Source: Pseudovirgaria hyperparasitica (taxonomy: Eukaryota). From it: 64,000 nt of DNA. A program made the position numbers and the translations under genes. The stretch lies in NCBI GenBank assembly GCA_010093815.1, contig ML996565.1, one strand, 5' to 3'. The notes under the pieces were generated by a model, which saw nothing but the letters and a program-made list of their open reading frames with translations, was not told where the DNA came from and made no database searches. How positions within the stretch are numbered: the stretch's first letter is position 1; the number at the start of each line of letters is the position of its first letter. Shown here piece by piece: positions 57,378 through 64,000 of this stretch.

Positions 57378-58472
57378 AGTCTATATAGAACTATATACTT
57401 TATCTTATATCTAGTATATATAAAGCTACTAATATAGTACTACTATAATATAAGATAAATATAATAAGTATATAGGACTTCTACTAGATATAGAGGGTAA
57501 TATACTTTATTAAATAATAAGTATAGAAACGCGTAGAATATACTAAATATACCTTCGTTACGCTATATATATAAGTTAATATCTACTATTAAGCGCTACT
57601 ATATATAGACTAGACTTAACTATAGTATAAGAGTCTAATAGAGATAGACTTAAACTAAATTATATAAGAGATTAGGGATAACCTAGACGTCTCTCTAGAC
57701 TAGTAGAACCCTTAGAAGCTTATATAGACTATATAGTTATAGACCTAGAATAAATAGAAGGAAGTTCTCTAGACCTATTAGATATTCTAATAGAATAGAT
57801 ACCTAGAGTAGATTTAGAGACTATAGAAGAAACTAAGTAGATAGATATATAAGGGGCTTATAAAAGCCTAAGTATCTATCCTCCTCTAAGCCTAAATAGA
57901 AGCTATAGAACTTCTATACTACTTATACTAAAGAGGTATTCTAGATATATCTCTATAGTATAAAGTATATAGCTAGAGAGATATAATATAATACTATCTT
58001 ATAATATATCTAGACCTCTATATATAGAGATAATTACTTATCTATATAATAAGGACCTCTAATATTACGTAGTAGCTTAATAAGTACCCTAAGAAGATTA
58101 CCTAGTAGATACTTATATACCTTTCTCTTCCCTAATACTAATAGATCTAGATATATATACTAGAAGTAACTAGATATATACTAGATAGACCCTAGTATAC
58201 GCCGGAAGAACCCCGGGAGAACCCTAATTATTAGTTAAGGATAACCCTTAACTAATAACCCCTGTACTCTATATATACTATCTAAGGGTAAAATAATAGT
58301 ACTATAGGTTATAGGCCTATAGATATTTCTAATAGCTATATACTTAAGATAATATAAAGGGTTTATAAGATATAGTTATAGAGAGAAGAGAGTTTTTCCT
58401 TATGTAAAGGTTTCTTCTTATATAATAGCTTAGACTAGAGAAGATATACGCCTATAGAGTAAACTACTCTAT
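57378..58472 (+). mobile_element. LINE copy 4, part 3 (3' end, tail missing)
   Basis: Resumes after the TSD and ends at aaactactctat, about 14 nt short of the tail seen in the other copies. Confidence 0.88.
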
Positions 58473-59121
58473 TAAATTTTTTTTATTATACTAAGCTATA
58501 GCTTTACTATACTAAGCTATAATAAGAGAATAGAGTAGAGTATAAAAGATATAGAAATAAAGTTATAATAGAAGAAGTAACTTACTTTATTATTTTAATA
58601 ATAAGGGCCTTTTTAGTATAAAGTAGTAATAGTAGTAACTAAAGATAAGGTTATAGAGAGATACCTTTATACTATATAATATAAGCTCTAGATTAATACT
58701 AGTACTACCTTTAGTTATAGTAAATAGAATATATTTCTATTATTACTCTATTATTCTACTAATAATAATATTATATAGTATTCTATCTATAGTAGAGAAT
58801 TTTCTTATTAGCTACTATTCCCTCTCTATAATAGATAAAGACTATCTATTAGCTATCTACTTATATATAAGAAATAAGATTTTAGATATATTACTAAGAA
58901 CTTATAATACTCTAGTTTAGTTATAGTCTAAGGCCGTATATATATTACGTAATATAGTCTCTTTCTAAGACTCTACTCTATAATACTATACTCTAAAAGA
59001 CTTTACTCTATAATACTATACTCTATAAGACTCTACTCTATAATATTAATACCTTTAGAATTCTAGAAAAGTAGCCTTAAATTTAAGGCTACTTATAGTC
59101 TACCGGCCGTAGGCTACCCTA
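58473..59121 (-). repeat. TIR-element end with subterminal 30-bp repeats (left arm of inverted duplication)
   Basis: 58628-59121 is the reverse complement of 59622-60115. Confidence 0.9.
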
Positions 59122-59621
59122 GTTAGAGATATAAATATACTAGATAGAGATACTCTTAGAAAGCTATTTATAGATAGTATTAATAGAACTACTATATCTA
59201 GAAATACCTATATAAAACCTAGAGGGATTATATATATAATAAAGATACTACTAAGTACTCTAACTATAATAGAAACTATCTATTATAGTTAGTAATATAT
59301 ATAAAATATAGATAAGTTACTAAGTATATTAATACTATAAAGGTAAGAGAGATAAGATAGATATACTAGACTATAAGGCCTCTACTATCTACTCTAATCT
59401 TATCTATAACTATACTAACTAATCTATACGGGGGCGGGACTAATATATAATAGTATACTATATAAAGAAAGGTAGGGCGACCCTAAGATATTCTTAAGGT
59501 AGCTACTATATAAAGGTAGTTATACCTTAATACTACTAGTATATAGACTTAAGTATTCCCTAGTACCTAATAAGGAGCTAAGATATACTTATTATTATAT
59601 AGATAAATATATAATATAAAC
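59122..59621 (+). mobile_element. 500-bp internal LINE fragment (ORF1 knuckles to ORF2 start)
   Basis: Matches 33392-33891 of copy 4. Confidence 0.9.
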
Positions 59622-60115
59622 TAGGGTAGCCTACGGCTAGTGGACTATAAGTAGCCTTGAATTTAAGGCTACTTTCCTAGAGTTCTAAAGGTATTAGTAT
59701 TATAGAGTAGAGTCTTATAGAGTATAGTATTATAGAGTAGAGTCTTTTAGAGTATAGTATTATAGAGTAGAGTCTTAGAAAAAGACTATATTATATAATA
59801 TATATATAGCCTTAGACTATAACTAAACTAGAGTATTATAAGTTCTTAGTAATATATCTAAAACCTTATCTCTTATATATAAGTAGATAGCTAATAGATA
59901 GTCTTTATCTATTATAGAGAGGGAATAGTAGCTAATAAGAAAATTCTCTACTATAGATAGAATACTATATAATATTATTATTAGTAGAATAATAGAGTAA
60001 TAATAGAAATATATTCTATTTACTATAACTAAAGGTAGTACTAGTATTAATCTAGAGCTTATATTATATAGTATAAAGGTATCTCTCTATAACCTTATCT
60101 TTAGTTACTACTATT
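59622..60115 (+). repeat. Second copy of the same TIR-element end (right arm), cut by Gypsy E
   Basis: Starts tagggtagcctacggc. Homology to the left arm stops at TGTAATG (60116). Confidence 0.9.
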
Positions 60116-60317
60116 TGTAATGAATGTAACTAAGGTATTACTACAATAGCAATTAGAATATATTATAATTCAACTTAGAGAGAGTAGGGGTGGCTCGTAT
60201 GGGTTATAGCTTAAGTATAGTCTTAAGCGAGGTCACGTGATACCCCTATACTAGTCTCTATCCGTCCCGGCTCCGTTATGTAATACTAGAGATAAGGTAA
60301 AGCCGAAGTCCATAATA
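60116..60317 (-). repeat. Probable 3' LTR of Gypsy E
   Basis: TGT at 60116 and ...CATAATA at 60317 next to the PPT-like tract. The partner LTR is outside the window. Confidence 0.65.
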
Positions 60318-60409
60318 TACCCTTATTCTCTAGGGTTATCTTAGGGACCGGCTTAGTATTTCATGTAATAATAACCGGCTCGGTTGGGTCTTAGGTTTAC
60401 GGTCTTTAT

Positions 60410-60860
60410 ATCGTACTATATAATAGTAGTAGAGCTATATATTACGTCTAGTAAGGTGGCCGTATCTCGTGGTCGTGTCTCGGTCGCGTAATAGAGGAGG
60501 GTTCCTCTATAACGGCGTCGTTAGTTATATAATCGTATGGTAGTAGTACCTCGTGGTTACGTTCTAGCGGTCACGTGGTAGAGGAAGGTTCCTTATATTA
60601 CTACGTCGTTAGTCATATAATCGCATGGTAGTAGTATCTCGTGGTTACGTCCTAGCGGTCACGTGGTAGAGGAGGGTTCCTCACCTCATAGCGTCGTTAG
60701 TTTTATAATCGCACTATAGTAGTATCTTATAGTCGTGTCCTAGCGGTCACGTGGCGGAGGTGGGTTCCTTATACCACGGCGTTATTAGTCATGTGGTCGC
60801 ACGGCGGTAGTATCTTATAGTCGCGTTCTAGCGGTCACGTGGCGGAGGTAGGGTATCCTA
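60410..60860. repeat. 88-bp tandem repeat, about 5 copies, most with CGGTCACGTG
   Basis: cggtc recurs at 60481, 60568, 60656, 60744 and 60832. Confidence 0.92.
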
Positions 60861-61048
60861 CGCACGAACCGCGCGTCTTGTTTATTATTATTGTTGTCCA
60901 TTTTGGGACCGGCTCCACCCCGGCCCACACGATTTTCCCTAACGCGAGTATATGGGTCCCACGTCTAGCGACTTTCTTCTTCTTTAACTACTATCACGCC
61001 TACTATCTTAATACCGCGTAGTAGCTACCACGATATTAGTAAACTCGC

Positions 61049-62553
61049 ATGCTACCTCGTAGCTTCTATACTATTATTATAAGCGCGCTAGGCCTAAATA
61101 GGCCTATTATAGAAGCCGGCGCCGTCTTAGCGGTGGCTATAGGTGCTAGGGGTTAAGACTCTAACGATTGACGCGCGCCTAGGCGCTAGGAACCGCCTAA
61201 CCGCACCGTGAGTGGGTCCTATCCCTATACCGTTCCTCATGCTAACTAGATAGATTATTCCTCCTACCGCCTCCCGATAGGCTAAGCCTATTTACTATAT
61301 AGGGCTATATATTATAGAGGGTGACTCGTTAGAAGACGAGTATACTAAGTCCGTGTACTTCGTATATTATATATATATAAAGGCCCTAGAGAAGACTAGG
61401 GTGCTTAAGTACGTGCCGTCTCTACGCTATAGTAGCGCCTACTAATCTAGAGCGTAGCTATAAGCCTAGCCGCGGCACTAACTATATAAAGTGCCATACG
61501 TTAAAAGGGATCTACTTATAGAATACTAAGGAGCTCGCTACGTACCTAGCCCTACGTAAGGCGTAGAGCCGCCTTAAGAAGTTTATGCACGAGTCGGTTA
61601 ATAATAACTTTAGTTATATAATAGACCGTGGTAGTCGCGGCCTAGACCCGACTAAGCCTTCGTCCGGTAAGTAGCCACGTATAAACTCTAAGTTCTACCG
61701 CCTATATAAGGACTATAAGTCTAACTTAGAGATTATATATATCGCCCGCCGTAACGCTAGCATTATTAGTTAGGTCCCTATAACGCCTAATCATAGTGCC
61801 ATTACGGTAATTAAGATGCTATATCGTGGTAGTAGTAACCGTAGACAGCTTAGTAGTGTGATTCACTAGATAAATTAGTATATATTATATAACAAGGCCT
61901 AAATGGGCGAGTTACGCACTAATATCGGCGCCCTATAGGTATATACTTAGTTAGCCTAATTACTACTATCTTAACACGTGACGTAGGGTTTAATATAGTA
62001 GGTCGCTTCCGGCCTAGTACGCCTAGCCGAGCCGCCGCCTCGCCGACTCCTTATCTAGGCGGTTATAGAGGAGGAGGAGCCTCGTTTAAGTAGTAGTCGC
62101 CTACGCCGCCCTCGGCTAAGCGGCCCTAAGGAGTCGCCTACCTATAGCCCGCGCCATTACTATACTACCCCCTACTAGCTCCCTATTACTCCCCCCCCGT
62201 AGGAGGCCTCGCTATCACCACGCTATCCCTATACCCCGCCCCGCCACCGTAACCCGTCCTAGCGCCGCTCTCGCTCGCCGGAGCGCTATAGCCGGTCCCC
62301 CGACCGCCGCGACCGGTCCCCTTACTACCGTGACTAGTCCCCCCGCCGCCGTGACCGTTTCTATAAGCGTTACCGCCGATCCCGTGACCGCTAGCGTCGT
62401 ACCATTAAGGGTCGTCGCTTATCGCGTCGTTACTAGTCGCCGTCTCGTAGCCGCTATAGCCGCCCCGATGAGGTATATAACTCCCCCTTACCGCTAAGCT
62501 AGATTAATAATTACCCCTACCGCTAGGAGCCGGCCTAGGGGAGGACTAGGTAA
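61049..62553 (+). pseudogene. Antisense, two-intron accessory gene of Gypsy E: Zn-cluster-like domain plus Arg/Ser/Pro-rich tail
   Basis: ATG at 61049. Intron 61208-61253 (GTGAGT..GCTAAC..TAG, phase 0) and intron 61409-61457 (GTACGT..TACTAAT..TAG). The spliced frame gives C-x2-C-x11-C-x7-C-x2-C-x6-C, including an unmutated TGC at 61492. RSPERxSRSPDRRDRSP repeats at 62270-62460. The true stop is uncertain. Confidence 0.72.
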
Positions 62554-64000
62554 CTAACCTTATAGTTAGAATTTACGGTTAAGGACCGTGCCGGCCCCGG
62601 CGCCGTATAGACCTAGGGTAGAGCTAGGAGAATAACCTTTTTATGTCTTAAGGAGGGTGTCGGTTTATTATTAGGTTACTTAGGTACTTAGCGTTTAGCG
62701 TTTGGTCTTTATAGAATCTCTACTCTTATATCGGGTTATTAGGGCCGCTATAGGCCCGTAATAGTAGATTAATATCTTTATTTAGGGATGCGCTAAAGTC
62801 GTAGGCCGTTATATAATCGCGCGCTACTATACCGGGCCTTAAACCTATCTAGTGCCTTGGTATCCTCTACGTCCTCGAGTGGTACCTATATTAGCTATAG
62901 CTAGCCCTTCTATTTTATGAGTACTTACCTCTTATTTCGCCCACGTGCGTTTTTCGCCCGAAGGATATCCTTAACCTTATATTTAGTAACGTCCTCGTTA
63001 GCTTTATTAAGTTTAAGTACCGGGCCCGGGCGAGTATCTAGCTACTCCTAGCTAGGTAGGGGGTCCTCTACGGCGCGCTCGACTAGGCTAATATAGACCG
63101 TCTTATAAAGGTCCCTAGGGAGGTCGAGGGTTACTATTAGGGGGGTAGATTAGGCGAGAACCCTATACTTAGCCTATAGCTAGTCGAGTTTCCGGCTTAG
63201 GTAATTAGTCTTTACGTTTCGGAGTAAGAACTATACTATATTACTAACCTTAAAGCGTTTAGCTAGGCGGCGTGACTAGTTAGCCGAGTTCTAGAAATAT
63301 TACTCGGCCTAGGCGATAGCCGCCTACGCTAGGGTAGTGCCGTTATAGAGGTACTTAAGGAAGTTTATAGCCCGGCCTTTCGCTAAGGTCGTGGAGGTGT
63401 TAGGGAGTGGCTATCGCGGTAATAGTTCGATATAGTATCTATTTAGAAGTAGGTTCGGCGCTATGCCGGTTACTAATAAGGTGCGGTTATTTAGGGCGAG
63501 CTGGCATGCCGGTAGATACTCCGGCTAATTAGTTTACTCGAAGGTTACTATAACGCGAAGCACCGCCTAGACCTCCTAGTTTACTCGCTCTATACTACCG
63601 TCGGTCTATAGGTGGTAGGCTATAGAGAGGTTCTAGTACACGTCCGTTATGGAGTAAAGGGTTATCTAGAACTACCCTAGCTAGTCCGAGCCCCGGTCGG
63701 TAATAATAGACTATAGAAACCCCCAGAAACGCTACCATATATCGCGGAATCGCGCCGCGTAGTCCTTAGCCGCCATAGAGGTTATCGCCTCTAGCTAGAT
63801 AAATTTTAAGAGCCAATCCGTGATAACGAGTAGGTACTAGAGCCGTAACGGGTCCGATTAGGGGAGGTCGGTTATAAAGTCTATAGAAATCTAGGACTAG
63901 AAACGGTCTAGTATCGGAAGCGGCTAGAGGAGCCTAGAGGCCTTACGCCGATTTATATAAGCTCCGTAGTAGTCGTAGTTCCGCATAAATCGCCGGATAT

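Larger units (their letters stand above)
19292..59121. mobile_element. Putative TIR DNA element with TAGGGTAG...CTACCCTA ends, swollen by nested insertions
   Basis: A ~60-bp terminus at 19292 (tagggtagtctacggccggtaggctgtaagtagcc...) recurs inverted ending at 59121, and the subterminal sequences differ. No TSD and no recognisable transposase, so pairing these two ends is inference. Confidence 0.45.
60116..64000 (-). mobile_element. Gypsy chromovirus family E, 3' portion (runs off the window)
   Basis: Minus-strand integrase motifs [23 protein letters not shown] ~63930-63861 and AYHPQTDG ~63620-63597. Chromodomain VLIKWKGW..TWVPLED ~62925-62870. LTR-like 60116-60317 is preceded by a purine tract gagaataaggg. 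Confidence 0.88.

Noticed and set aside
60839..61021. 60-aa ORF
   Set aside because: It begins at a GTG inside the 88-bp repeat. More likely promoter or UTR of the gene starting at 61049.
1..64000. Alternative genetic code (TAA/TAG read as Gln) or organellar/AT-rich bacterial origin
   Set aside because: Stop positions differ among copies of the same element and arise from CAA, CAG and TGG by transitions. This is RIP, not recoding.

Overview
Gene-free, AT-rich block of nested transposon relics from a filamentous ascomycete. CpA/TpG is strongly depleted and TpA is in excess. Related copies differ almost only by C>T and G>A changes, the signature of repeat-induced point mutation (RIP). No intact protein-coding gene is present, and no supplied ORF is supported as a real gene. 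Target-site duplications (TSDs) resolve most of the nesting. The window holds five Ty3/Gypsy families (my labels A-E) plus the end of a sixth LTR, five Tad1/CgT1-like LINE copies plus a LINE fragment, and a terminal-inverted-repeat (TIR) element with TAGGGTAG ends. Main finding, after reversing RIP by eye: three distinct chromodomain-bearing Gypsy families (A, C, E) each carry an antisense accessory gene between pol and the 3' LTR. Each gene has a Zn(II)2Cys6-like cysteine pattern, and two have fungal spliceosomal introns. Family D instead carries a long sense, Cys-rich third ORF. Also present are a LINE chimera with 1.2 kb of foreign sequence inside one 18-bp TSD, and an inverted duplication of a TIR end around a 500-bp LINE fragment. 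All protein readings are manual de-RIP reconstructions, not database hits.
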